The position numbers and the translations under genes were made by a program. A stretch of DNA of 64,000 nucleotides from an uncultured candidatus Brocadiaceae bacterium (GTDB lineage: Bacteria > Planctomycetota > UBA11346), in NCBI GenBank assembly GCA_964652775.1, contig CAZZAM010000003.1, positions 26,633 through 90,632 on the forward strand, read 5' to 3'. Numbering within the stretch: position 1 is the stretch's first letter; each line of letters starts with the position of its first letter. Positions 26,564-36,125 of this stretch are shown one piece after another. The notes beneath the pieces are model-generated. The model had not been told where the DNA came from and ran no database searches. It saw nothing but the letters and a program-made list of their open reading frames with translations.

Positions 26564-28030
26564 ATGGCGTCCCCCCAGGCTTTAGCCGCAGCGCATCTCG
26601 CTGGCGACCAAACCGCCCGCCTGTGGTTAGGTGAACCATGGACAGGCATCCGTTCGTGCGCGGAATACACGCGCTCCTTCCTGAGTCGTGGACGGTGGGA
26701 TCGCCCAGCCTTGGCTGCGATCGCGCATGCGTCTGGTGCAGCAAAGTCCGTCGTCGATGCTGTCGCTGATGTACGCACGGCGGTCGTCGTCACCGGCCAA
26801 CAACCAGCTGTCGGTGGCGGCCCACTCTACACGCTGGTAAAAGTAGCTCACGCCATTGCCCTCGCCAAGCGCTTAAACGACGAAGGCGTGCCTGCCGTCG
26901 CGTGGTTCTGGTGCGCGTCCGAAGATCACGACCTGGGCGAAGCTGGCCACGCCGACCTGATCCTACGCGATGGCGCCATCGCCCGTATTTCCGCTGATCT
27001 CGGCGGTGGACGCGCTGCCCTCCGTCATCGCCCAGCAAGCAGTTGGTGGCCAACTCTGATCGCGCAGTGCCAAGAGCGCCTCGGCCCCGGACTCGGCCAA
27101 CGCTGGCTGCTCGAACAGGCGCCACAGGACAACGAAGGCATGGGCGCATGGCTCGTCCGCCTGATGAACGGTGTGTTCACCAACACGCCGCTTGTTTGTG
27201 TCGAATCGCATCGTGTTCGTCCGCTCTGGCGATCCGTATGGCCACGCGTCGTTGGCGACTGGCCAGTACAGGCGCTGACGCAACGACGTAGCGACCTGTT
27301 GCGTCACGGCTACGCCGATACGTTTGGTGAACTCACTCACGCGCCGGTATTCCACGATCAGGCTGATGCGCGCACTGCGATTGAACCAAAGACCCTAACT
27401 ACACTCGCGACCGCAGATCCCGATACCCTGAGTCCCGGTGCCGCACTACGGCCCATCCTGCAACAGATCGCACTGCCCTCGGCCTGCGCCATCTTGGGCC
27501 TGGCCGAGCTGGCCTATCACGCGGCAATCACCCCTGCGTACAGCGCTCTTGGTGCGGTGCAGCCACTGCTGATTCCCCGCTGTTCGCTGACCCTGGTGCC
27601 GCGTTGGATTGAACGGGCAGCTCAACGCCACGGCCTATCTGCGGAAGCGCTCGCCGATGGCGGATCGATCGACATCGAGGCTCCGACGCTGGCGAATCAC
27701 GGACGCCTGACCGCACTCGCGGATGCGATCGACCAACTCACCCTCGGCGCCGCGCCTGATGATCGTCGCATCTGTGCCGCTCAGGTGCGCCTCCGTCGTG
27801 AATTGGATCGCTTGCGCGCGAGCCTCGTTCGTGGCGAACGTGCTTCGACTGGACTGCCCGCCCCTGGAGCCCTCGCCAACTATCTGTATCCACGCCACCG
27901 CCGTCACGAACGCGTCATGAGTTTATGTCAGGCGATCTGGCAACATGGTCCAGGAATCGGTGCCAACTTGGTTCACGCTGCTGGTGATACTTCGCCTGGC
28001 GGACACCGTCTGGTTCGACTGTCCAGCTAA
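26564..28030 (+). CDS. bshC: Bacillithiol cysteine-adding enzyme BshC-like
   Basis: VVTGQQPAVGGGPLYTLVK, FWCASEDHD, SPGAALRPILQ, AELAY, ERV. Confidence 0.8.
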   Translation: MASPQALAAAHLAGDQTARLWLGEPWTGIRSCAEYTRSFLSRGRWDRPALAAIAHASGAAKSVVDAVADVRTAVVVTGQQPAVGGGPLYTLVKVAHAIALAKRLNDEGVPAVAWFWCASEDHDLGEAGHADLILRDGAIARISADLGGGRAALRHRPASSWWPTLIAQCQERLGPGLGQRWLLEQAPQDNEGMGAWLVRLMNGVFTNTPLVCVESHRVRPLWRSVWPRVVGDWPVQALTQRRSDLLRHGYADTFGELTHAPVFHDQADARTAIEPKTLTTLATADPDTLSPGAALRPILQQIALPSACAILGLAELAYHAAITPAYSALGAVQPLLIPRCSLTLVPRWIERAAQRHGLSAEALADGGSIDIEAPTLANHGRLTALADAIDQLTLGAAPDDRRICAAQVRLRRELDRLRASLVRGERASTGLPAPGALANYLYPRHRRHERVMSLCQAIWQHGPGIGANLVHAAGDTSPGGHRLVRLSS

Positions 28031-28043
28031 GGCAGAGCTGTGC

Positions 28044-28436
28044 TTACTTGCACGACCAACCGATCACGACGTTGTCCTGGGTCACAATATTACAGCTTTT
28101 ATAATTAAGGATCTTCATATTTGCCACGACGGTCGTTGCCGGTGGCTTTCCTAGCTGAAGCACAACGGCACTAACTGTCATACCCTTCGAAATATCGTAT
28201 GACTTAACCGCTCCTACCGTCGTAGCTGTCACTGGCAAGATGGGTTCTTCCGTAACTTCTTCCGCTGTTTCGCTTGGACCACTGCCGGTCACAGATTGGA
28301 TGATCCGCAGGCGAGTTTCAGCCTTCTTCTGAATCTGCGTGGTCTTTTCAATCTGCGACACGCCAACACCCATGAGGGCGTACAAACCATATCCAACCCC
28401 AAGTGCCAGTAAGATGATCGTTAGTATGTATTTCAT
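28044..28436 (-). CDS. Small membrane-anchored hypothetical protein (AT-richer)
   Basis: N-terminal TM; C-terminal ISKGMTVSAVVLQLGKP resembles a BamE/SmpA-like small domain (weak). Confidence 0.6.
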   Translation of the reverse strand: MKYILTIILLALGVGYGLYALMGVGVSQIEKTTQIQKKAETRLRIIQSVTGSGPSETAEEVTEEPILPVTATTVGAVKSYDISKGMTVSAVVLQLGKPPATTVVANMKILNYKSCNIVTQDNVVIGWSCK

Positions 28437-28453
28437 AGAATGATCTCTCGTTT

Positions 28454-30055
28454 CTATTTATTCTCTGCCACCACACCATCATTTTTGAACGGACCTGCCG
28501 GAAAGCCCTCGGTGTTGATCAGATTGCCGATCGGATTTTCGGCCCACGCATAGCGAATAGCGGTCGGTTCTTTGACCGCGTCAGAAGAGAGCACCACCGT
28601 TGCACCATCGATGACCGCCTTAGCCCAGACAAACTTTCCATCTTTGCCCGCAATAGCGAACCCTTTGATTTCGCCGTCACCCTTGGCCGTCAGGCCACCG
28701 CCAACCGTGGTAAACGTAGCGACCGCCTTGCCGTCCTTGAAGGTGCAGCCGGCAAAGACGGGACCAGACACCACTGCGTCCTTTTTCCCGTAGGCCATCT
28801 GCATGGCCAATAGCGCCCAACGCCGACCAAGTTCCGCTTTGTTCACCGGATGGACGTTCTTTTCGTCGCCGATGTCGATCGCCACCAGCAGTGCCGTATT
28901 GGATTGACCGGCTACCACGCGGCGTTGAGCCTCGCGCAGCGGCGGCCAATGCGCCTCCTCTTCGACTGGATCAACCTGCACCGGCTTGCACGTGGGGCTG
29001 CTGTACTGTCCGCCACCGCCGAAGTTGGGTAACTGAACCACAACGAATGGAATCTCGCCCTGTTTCCAACCGGCACGCCAGGTCGTGATCAGTGCCTCCA
29101 GTGTTTTTGCATAGCTGTCTTCCACCTTGGTTCCGGTGTTGGACTCGCCTTGATACCAAGCGATGCCGCGAATGGCGTACGGCATAAGCGGCGCAATCAT
29201 CCCGTTGTACAAACTGCTTGGCCAAGGCGCGACGGGACGTTTGGGTTTAGTCGCTGTCTTTCCACCGGCTGCCTGCCACGCCACAACCTGCTTGTCGAAA
29301 TCCTCCATTTTCTTGGCGTCATTCTCCCACCGTTGCTGAACCTGAGCATTCATTGACGGATTTAGTTCGATGATCGCCTTGCGGTTACTCCACCAAGCGA
29401 TCTGCGTTCCGCCCACCGATGAATTGATGATACCGACTGGCGTTCCGCCCAGTTCCTTCTGGAGATCACGCGCGAAGAAAAATCCCGCCGCTGACCATTT
29501 CAGTACCGTCGTCGGCGTACACATCTGCCACGAACCGCGCACATTCTTGGCCGGGGGATCGCCCACCAATCGCTCCTCAACCTTGAATATGCGCAACTTG
29601 GGATGGTTGCATGCCCCGACCTGCTTCATGCATTCTGGTGAGCCCCAGGCGCCAAAAACGCCCCAATCGACCGGCATTGCCATGTTCGACTGTCCGGATC
29701 CGAGCCAGACTTCACCAACCAAAATGTTTTTTAGGACCACGGTACTGGTACCGGCGATCGTCATCTCAAGTGCTGCCTCTGCTGCCTTCATCGCTGGCAG
29801 CCTAACCTCCCAGCGACCATCTTTGTCCGCGGTACCAGTAACTTTGGCCTGCCCAACGGTCACCGTCACTGCTTGACCGGGCGTGTCCCAACCCCAGACC
29901 GGAACTTCGCGGTCGGCCTGCAACACGGCGTTATCACTAAACAAGGCGGCAGGTTCAACCGCCGCCGTCGCAGTACCCGTACATAGGCTGATCAACAGCG
30001 TGATGGTAACCACAGTGGCCAACGCCTGACATCCACGAATGGTTGCATGACGCAT
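28454..30055 (-). CDS. Sialate O-acetylesterase (SASA/SGNH) family, secreted
   Basis: FSDNAVLQ, GEVWLGSGQSNM, GGTQIAWW, GIAWYQGESN, VQLPNF, LREAQ, DIG..NVHP.NK, RYAW.NP. Confidence 0.92.
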   Translation of the reverse strand: MRHATIRGCQALATVVTITLLISLCTGTATAAVEPAALFSDNAVLQADREVPVWGWDTPGQAVTVTVGQAKVTGTADKDGRWEVRLPAMKAAEAALEMTIAGTSTVVLKNILVGEVWLGSGQSNMAMPVDWGVFGAWGSPECMKQVGACNHPKLRIFKVEERLVGDPPAKNVRGSWQMCTPTTVLKWSAAGFFFARDLQKELGGTPVGIINSSVGGTQIAWWSNRKAIIELNPSMNAQVQQRWENDAKKMEDFDKQVVAWQAAGGKTATKPKRPVAPWPSSLYNGMIAPLMPYAIRGIAWYQGESNTGTKVEDSYAKTLEALITTWRAGWKQGEIPFVVVQLPNFGGGGQYSSPTCKPVQVDPVEEEAHWPPLREAQRRVVAGQSNTALLVAIDIGDEKNVHPVNKAELGRRWALLAMQMAYGKKDAVVSGPVFAGCTFKDGKAVATFTTVGGGLTAKGDGEIKGFAIAGKDGKFVWAKAVIDGATVVLSSDAVKEPTAIRYAWAENPIGNLINTEGFPAGPFKNDGVVAENK

Positions 30056-30084
30056 GAGTTACTCCATCGATTGGGTGAACACGG

Positions 30085-30120
30085 AAAAACGACGGAGCAG
30101 GATCAACCCGTGCCGTCGTT
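30085..30120 (-). terminator. Probable intrinsic terminator after tRNA-Leu
   Basis: aacgacgg...ccgtcgtt stem followed by a T-run on the minus strand. Confidence 0.6.
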
Positions 30121-30146
30121 CGCCCTCACAGCGATCACATCCATCA

Positions 30147-30232
30147 TGGTGCCCAGGAAAGGACTCGAACCTTCACGAGATTGCTCTCGGCGGTTTTTGA
30201 AACCGCTGCGTCTGCCATTCCGCCACCCGGGC
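30147..30232 (-). tRNA. tRNA-Leu (CAA)
   Basis: GCCCGGGTGGCGGAATGGCAGACGCAGCGGT-TTCAAAA-ACCGC, long variable arm, GGTTCGAGTCC...CTGGGCACCA; 86 nt. Confidence 0.95.
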
Positions 30233-30595
30233 TTCGGGGTCGGAATATTGGTGCCTATGAAACGTTCCGCAAGAGCGAGGCCTATTTCATCGGCATTTAC
30301 CGCTGAGTTGCCGGATTCCACGAATGACGAAACCGAGATTTGATAGTCCAATATCGCCCCTCTCTATAAGGGACGATGGCAGGTCGAGTTGGCTTCCAAT
30401 GGAAAACGTTTCATTTCGCTCAATCGGTGGGGATGGTCCCGCTCATCCATCTCCAAGCGCAGACTATGCTGGAGGTCGAATGCCGCACGGGTGCGCAAAC
30501 GGCAGTACCTGATTCCTTCGCACTTACGACACGACCAACCCAATCGGCCAGCCACGAATGCGCGTAGCGTAACACGCTGGCGGGCGAGGTGCCCC

Positions 30596-30690
30596 ATGCC
30601 GTATCAAGCCATGTCCCTGCCTGGGTTTGTCGCCGTCTTTTCGACTCAAGAGGCCTGCATTTTCGCCATTATCGAACCCCGGCTGCACGC
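30596..30690 (+). pseudogene. Possible N-terminal remnant of an IS1595-family transposase
   Basis: MSLPGFVAVFSTQEACIFAIIEPR resembles the MSL.EF...F.TEEAC......R start of these transposases. No zinc ribbon or DDE follows. Confidence 0.3.
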
Positions 30691-30716
30691 TCTGCAGACC
30701 CACGACGACGTATTCC

Positions 30717-32264
30717 CTAGCGTTCGCCGTTACCGGGTTTGGCTGTGTCTTTTTTGTCCACAGCGGTTTCTTCTGGAACACCTTGGGATGTTGAGGATGC
30801 AGGATTTGCGACTGGTTTCGACTTGGTCAGAGAGGCTTCCAATCCGGGCTGGAATTTGGCCGCAATCTCCGCCGTCTTGGGTCGGTACATCGTCCACATC
30901 TGCTCTACAAAGTCGCCGCACATATCCTTTCCTACGCCATGTGGGAACGCCTCGTAGCCTTTCGGCTTTAGGGTCTTCTGGTCCACCATACCTGATTGGG
31001 ACTCGGTTACCCAGCGATCCACGTAGTCAAAAAACGCGTTGTGGTTCCAGACCGACTTAGCACCCATGAGTTGGATGGCCAATGCCTGGCCCACCCAAGT
31101 GGGGCCATTCAGGCCGCGATAACCATCAGACTTCCAGCCATTGTTTTCGCCCTTGAAGCGACTCCCCGCCCATTCCGCTGGGGGCAGGTCCTCATGTTTG
31201 CGTTCGTCTCCATCGGTGATGCGCCAGAGTGCTTTCTGGCCACGGTAACCCGCTCCGTAATAGGTCTGTTGATCCTCTTGGAATGCCGCCTGAACCCGCA
31301 TCATCTCCGGATCATCAAAGAGCACGGCGGCAAAAACGATGGGAACCTTACGGCCGGAACAATGGCCGCCATCCGCAGTCCATAGATTATTGTTTGCTTT
31401 GGTGGTGCCGTAGAGGTCGATGCCCAGTTGCAGATAGCGATAGAAGAGGGTCGTGAATTTCTTAGGCGCATCCTTGGTGATCAACACCAGAGCGGCAGAC
31501 GATGTGATATGGGTGATCTCCCGGCCATAGTCCGGCATGTTTTCTAAGGGATGGATGTGTCGACCGGCCCAACCCATCCAGTGATCTATCCAGGGACGTT
31601 CCAGGAAACGTTCTAGCAATGCCAGCGAAGGAATCGGTGCTGGTGGTTCGAGATTGGGCAAGCGGTCCAAATGCAGATCATCTGTCGTATAGATCTTCTT
31701 CCAGACTCCGGCGTATCCTGGTCGAAATGCATTGGCTGGTGGAGCTGCTCGCACACAGGTTAGTACTGCTGCGGTTTGGATTGCGCCGCGGCAGTATTGG
31801 TATTTGACCGTGTCCTTGGTTGCCTGGCCTTCTTTCTCAACACTGATGGTGCTGACCAGGGACTGACCAGGTTCCAAGACCAGCGGGAACTGCGGCACCA
31901 GAGAGAAATCATACCAACCATTGCTGCCCAATAGGCCGCGGTCGTCGTAGCCCTGTTTACGGCCAGCATCAGGATTGATGACTGAGCCGTGCCGACCTTT
32001 GATTGGTGCTGGCGTGATGGTCTGGAGCGTAACCGGGCCCTGGACCCACCAATCGCCGGTGATGAAGCGACCGCACAAAGTGGGCTCGCTGAAACGCCAG
32101 GTGATGCCGTATTGCGTGAGTTCGTGTTTCAGGGCCGGCGCGATCACTGGTTCCGTAGAGATTGATCCCTGTGCTTCCGGAGTTAGCGCAACTGGCACGA
32201 CCGGAGCAACTTCCTGCGCGAACAGGATCACGGGAAGTAGTACCAGACCGAGGCGAATAATCAT
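30717..32264 (-). CDS. Secreted hypothetical protein, Trp/Tyr/Gly-rich, possibly carbohydrate-active
   Basis: Signal peptide MIIRLGLVLLPVILFA; LTQYGITWRF...GDWWVQGP..., PWIDHWMGW..HP..NMPDYGRE; divergent from a LacI gene. No family could be assigned. Confidence 0.75.
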   Translation of the reverse strand: MIIRLGLVLLPVILFAQEVAPVVPVALTPEAQGSISTEPVIAPALKHELTQYGITWRFSEPTLCGRFITGDWWVQGPVTLQTITPAPIKGRHGSVINPDAGRKQGYDDRGLLGSNGWYDFSLVPQFPLVLEPGQSLVSTISVEKEGQATKDTVKYQYCRGAIQTAAVLTCVRAAPPANAFRPGYAGVWKKIYTTDDLHLDRLPNLEPPAPIPSLALLERFLERPWIDHWMGWAGRHIHPLENMPDYGREITHITSSAALVLITKDAPKKFTTLFYRYLQLGIDLYGTTKANNNLWTADGGHCSGRKVPIVFAAVLFDDPEMMRVQAAFQEDQQTYYGAGYRGQKALWRITDGDERKHEDLPPAEWAGSRFKGENNGWKSDGYRGLNGPTWVGQALAIQLMGAKSVWNHNAFFDYVDRWVTESQSGMVDQKTLKPKGYEAFPHGVGKDMCGDFVEQMWTMYRPKTAEIAAKFQPGLEASLTKSKPVANPASSTSQGVPEETAVDKKDTAKPGNGER

Positions 32265-32330
32265 GATGCTTGCTCCGTGGTTACGCTCAGTTGAGGTTTC
32301 TGGCCGCTGAGCGTGGTAAAGCGGTGGACG

Positions 32331-32392
32331 CGCGTTAAATTTCTGGATTTAAACGTAAAATAACCTTGCATCAAACGTTAAATTGACATTAT
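32331..32392. promoter_or_regulatory. AT-rich divergent promoter region with LacI-type operator-like sites
   Basis: tttaaacgtaaaa (32348-32360) and atcaaacgttaaat (32370-32383) have the central AAACG(T) core typical of LacI-family operators. Confidence 0.45.
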
Positions 32393-32532
32393 GCCAGCAT
32401 GCGCGTTGTCAATAACCTGGCGCGGAGTGGAGCCCGAAACAGCTTGACCCTGTGTGGTGAGGTTGAGCGACGGTTCCGTTCTTGCCGTGGTCCCGACATG
32501 ACGCTGTTACCTGCAATACCAACGAGCATGCG

Positions 32533-33552
32533 ATGATTCGACTCAAAGACATTGCCAAGGAACTCGATCTCTCGATTTCAGTGGTTTCGAAGGTGATCAA
32601 CAACAGCAAAGGTACGGCCGTGGTCTCGCCCGCGACGACCAAGCGGATCCGTGAGACAGCACAGCGGATGGGCTATCTGTGCAACCGGACCGCAGTCGCC
32701 CTCAGATCGGGATCACAGCAGGCGATCGGCTTGCTCCTGCATCCCATGGGGGCGGCGGGCAGTGAGATGACCGAGGATCTGCTCAAGGGCGCGGCCCAGG
32801 AAATGTCTGCCCACGAGCAACGGATGGAGCTCGTCTTCTACCAAAACAAAGCGGAATTCATGAAGCAGATGCGGCGCATGGGGCCGACGCGAGTGGACGG
32901 TTTGATCGTGGCCGGACTGGACCATGACTACCTCAATCCGGCGCTGCGCGAATTGGCGCAGGAGGGCGTCCCGATCGTGACCATCCTTTCGGAGCCAGTC
33001 AGCTCGGCGATTCCCAATGTGGGATGCGGCGACATGGAGGGAAGCCGGTTGGCCACCGAGCATCTGATCGAACAGGGATGCGAGCGCATTGCCCAGATCG
33101 GGAAATGGGATCTGCGACTCCAAGGATATGTCCAGGCACTGCGTGCGCACGGGCGAACCCCAGATGATTCACTCATCTATCAAACCGATCGCAGCACGTT
33201 CACGGCCCAGGTTGGTGAGGAGGGCGTAGCTGCATTCGTTGCACGTGGGGTGCAATACGACGGGCTGGTGTGCCAATGTGATATCTACGCCATGGGCGCC
33301 ATGCGGGCTTTAGCGCGTCTGGGTCGTTCCATTCCAAATCAGGTCAAGGTTATCGGGTTCGACAACGCCCCGATCTGTGAGCACCTAGCGGAGCCACTAT
33401 CGAGCGTGTCGTTGGAACTGCGCGATCGCGCTCGGCGTGCAGTCCTGGCCATGATACGGTTGCAGCACGGAGGGTCGATCGATTCCATCCAGGTCCCACC
33501 TCGCGTCGTTCATCGCGCATCAAGTCGCTTGGTGCGCAGCTCAGTGAAATGA
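32533..33552 (+). CDS. LacI-family transcriptional regulator
   Basis: MIRLKDIAKELDLSISVVSKVIN HTH; VDGLIV, GSRLATEHLIEQG..RI, DIYAMGAM, VIGFDN, LSSV. Confidence 0.93.
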   Translation: MIRLKDIAKELDLSISVVSKVINNSKGTAVVSPATTKRIRETAQRMGYLCNRTAVALRSGSQQAIGLLLHPMGAAGSEMTEDLLKGAAQEMSAHEQRMELVFYQNKAEFMKQMRRMGPTRVDGLIVAGLDHDYLNPALRELAQEGVPIVTILSEPVSSAIPNVGCGDMEGSRLATEHLIEQGCERIAQIGKWDLRLQGYVQALRAHGRTPDDSLIYQTDRSTFTAQVGEEGVAAFVARGVQYDGLVCQCDIYAMGAMRALARLGRSIPNQVKVIGFDNAPICEHLAEPLSSVSLELRDRARRAVLAMIRLQHGGSIDSIQVPPRVVHRASSRLVRSSVK

Positions 33553-33578
33553 GATGACCCACAACTGTCCAACCATCG

Positions 33579-33800
33579 ATGGACAGGATGATCGGCGTGC
33601 GATTGGACTGGCTTGTCACAGCACATGGAGTGACAACGGCAACAGCCTATCCGGAACGATTACGAAAAATATGTTTCCGCGATCAAGAGACCAAGAAAAC
33701 GCTGATCTTTATCAGCAATGACTTCATGTTACCGGCGCACGTCATTGCCGCTCCCTATAAAGGGAGATGGCAGGTCCAACTGTTCTTCAAGTCGCAATAC
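33579..33800 (+). pseudogene. IS4-family transposase C-terminal remnant
   Basis: YPERLRKICFRDQETKKTLIFISNDFMLPAHVIAAPYKGRWQVQLFFK matches the IS4 Y-x2-R-W-x2-E-x-F-F-K region, with the catalytic E replaced by Q and the N-terminus missing. Confidence 0.75.
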
Positions 33801-33950
33801 CTTCAAGAACATAGGCCGATCATCCAACTGTTTAAGAGCACGAACGTCGTTGGCTGAGGTAAACACCGGACTTCCGGACTCCTGGACTGCTCGGTCAAGG
33901 ATTGCCCACTCACTCATGCACCAACACCAGCAATGAGGACCATGGCAGCC

Positions 33951-34544
33951 CTACGGAGTGTTCTGCAACATGGTGGCGGCCTGCCGGACCAGGGCGGCGA
34001 TCGGCTCGGGTAACGCCAGAGCCAATGCCCGACGGCGGCCTTCCGGACTCATTTTCCGCATCGTCTTCCGTAGAATATCGATGTATTTTTCAGCGGTGTA
34101 ACCTGCGTGATTGGCGGCAAATACGCTTATTTCCGATTCGAGAAACACGAGGCAGGCGGCGTCCTCCAGGACTTGACCATCAGGGTCACGCAGGGCCTTT
34201 TTGGCCACCAGCCGTTCAACGTGATCGGCGTCGGATGCAGGCAACCCTGCCTGCAAACAGAGTTCTTTCGCCCGCGCCCCCTGCCGTCGGTACTGTTCGG
34301 TCCGCCAGGCATGGTATCCGATCTTGTCCATCGGGTAGGCCGAGCGCGGCAGCGTCCAGCGCTCCAGATGCTGGGCGCGAGCCGCGAGGCAGAGAACAGC
34401 AGAGGCAGTGGGCAAGAGACTGACAACCCATCGCTCAACCGCCATGCCATAGACGAGTTCTGCAGGTTGACCATCGCGTAGTTCAGGGTCTGCAGCGTGC
34501 GCAGCATCAATTACTGCGCGCGATCGAGTGACCGCGTCAGTCAC
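33951..34544 (-). CDS. DUF4202 family protein
   Basis: IDAAHAADP...AELVYG...LAARAQHLERW..PRSAYP...GYHAWR...AKK...QVLEDAACLVFLE. Start taken at the GTGA overlap with the kinase stop. Confidence 0.85.
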   Translation of the reverse strand: MTDAVTRSRAVIDAAHAADPELRDGQPAELVYGMAVERWVVSLLPTASAVLCLAARAQHLERWTLPRSAYPMDKIGYHAWRTEQYRRQGARAKELCLQAGLPASDADHVERLVAKKALRDPDGQVLEDAACLVFLESEISVFAANHAGYTAEKYIDILRKTMRKMSPEGRRRALALALPEPIAALVRQAATMLQNTP

Positions 34545-35887
34545 GGCTTGGGCGGGTTCGTCGATGGTGGCTCTGGCAATGGCGTGGGCTTGGGACGACG
34601 CCAATTGGACGTCGAGGCGGCTGACTTTGATGTGCTGGTGTCAGCGCGATGCACATCGGACGCAGGTTCCGCAGGCAATGGTTCAGGAGCAACTGGCGGC
34701 GGTGTTGGCCGAGGTCGTCGCCAGCCTCCGGTCGAAGGCTGCGCCGTGAGAGCTTCCGATGGTAACGCCGGCAATTGTGACGGGCGGATTGGAGCGTCGT
34801 GTGGATCGAGCGCGTCATCTGGCTTCGTCCACCGTGATGATACCGCCAACGGTGGCGGCGACTCCAGTCCCAGCGATGAACTAGGTGCACCCGGCGGCGG
34901 CGGAATAATGGTCGGTGCAGCCTGGTGCGTGCCACCGCCTGAAGCCAGTCCACGCGTGACTCGTCGCGTCGCCTGTCCAGCAGCGTAGCGAGCGGCCTGG
35001 ATGGCGCTCTTGAACTGATCGTAAGACCGGTATCGGGCTGCAGCCGATTTGGCCAATGCACGTTGCACGATTGCCGCTGTCGCTGGACGAATCTGCACAA
35101 ACTGGGTTGGATCTGGCACCGGTGAAGTCAGGTGAGCCGCCATCACGACACCGACACTGGATCCCGCATACGGACGTTTGCCGGTCAGCATGTAATACAG
35201 GATGCAGCCAATTGCGTAGACATCGCTCTGAAACGTGAGTTGCTCGCCACGGATCTGTTCGGGCGACATGTAAGCCGGCGTGCCGACGATTTCTCCGGCC
35301 TGCCCGGCACCGGCACCAATTCGACGTTCGCGCACCGAGAAATCATCGAAATCACCAAAATCAATGAACAGCGCGAGACCGAAATCAATTACCCGGATGT
35401 GGCAATGATCATTCAACGTTGACTGGCCGCGCAGATCGACCATGACATTGCCCGGCTTCAGATCGCGATGGATCATGCCGCTTTCGTGCTGGCAATAGCC
35501 CATGGCCCCAACCACTTCTTCGGTTACCCACAGCGCTAGGTCCTCAGGCAATGGATGCTGTTCCGAAACAAACTCATCAAGCGGCCGACCCTGAACAAAC
35601 TCCATCGCCAGGTAGGGCCGACCATCTGGAAGACTGCCGTAGCCAGCGAAGATAGGAATACCGGGGTGCTGCAAATGCCCCATCGCCGAAATTTCTTGGC
35701 GGAAACGCGTCAATGCGACTTTGTTATTCATCAACCGTTCGCCGAGAACCTTGATCGCAACCACACGATTGGTGACCGATTCCGTGGCTTGATACACCTC
35801 GCCCATGGCGCCTGCGCCCAGACACGCGGTCAGCGTGAATGCATCCACCGTAGCTGGCAGCTTCAAGCTTGGTTCAAATCGCGTCAC
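34541..35887 (-). CDS. Hanks-type Ser/Thr protein kinase with Pro-rich C-terminal tail
   Basis: LGAGAMGEVY, VAIK, HRDLKPGN, DFG, GTPAYMSPEQ, SDVYAIG; no TM seen. Confidence 0.93.
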   Translation of the reverse strand: MTRFEPSLKLPATVDAFTLTACLGAGAMGEVYQATESVTNRVVAIKVLGERLMNNKVALTRFRQEISAMGHLQHPGIPIFAGYGSLPDGRPYLAMEFVQGRPLDEFVSEQHPLPEDLALWVTEEVVGAMGYCQHESGMIHRDLKPGNVMVDLRGQSTLNDHCHIRVIDFGLALFIDFGDFDDFSVRERRIGAGAGQAGEIVGTPAYMSPEQIRGEQLTFQSDVYAIGCILYYMLTGKRPYAGSSVGVVMAAHLTSPVPDPTQFVQIRPATAAIVQRALAKSAAARYRSYDQFKSAIQAARYAAGQATRRVTRGLASGGGTHQAAPTIIPPPPGAPSSSLGLESPPPLAVSSRWTKPDDALDPHDAPIRPSQLPALPSEALTAQPSTGGWRRPRPTPPPVAPEPLPAEPASDVHRADTSTSKSAASTSNWRRPKPTPLPEPPSTNPPKP

Positions 35888-35982
35888 GGGTGTTGGTATG
35901 CCACGTTCTGCGAGTTGGTGAAGCGATCAGTCACGGAATCGGGGCGCCCGTGTGATGATATCCTAAACTCCGCATTTCGAAG

Positions 35983-36103
35983 AACAGGAGACGCAGAGGC
36001 GCAGAGGTCCGAAGGAGTTAGGAGAGGAGGACAGATCAACCTGCAGGTGACGATGTCGCTTATGCTAAACTCTTCTGGCCTCTGTGTCTCTGTGCCTCCT
36101 GTT
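35983..36103. repeat. Palindromic element, CGCAGAGG-unit family, diverged copy 3
   Basis: aacaggagacgcagaggcgcagaggtccgaag pairs imperfectly with cttctggcctctgtgtctctgtgcctcctgtt. Confidence 0.8.
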
Positions 36104-36125
36104 AATTCAAATGCTTTTTCAAGGG

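Noticed and set aside
30389-31060. 223-aa plus-strand ORF as a real gene
   Set aside because: It overlaps the 3' half of the convergent secreted-protein gene. Only a short internal stretch resembles a transposase start.
33951-34544. Glutamyl-tRNA synthetase label sometimes attached to this family
   Set aside because: No HIGH/KMSKS motifs and far too short; kept as DUF4202.
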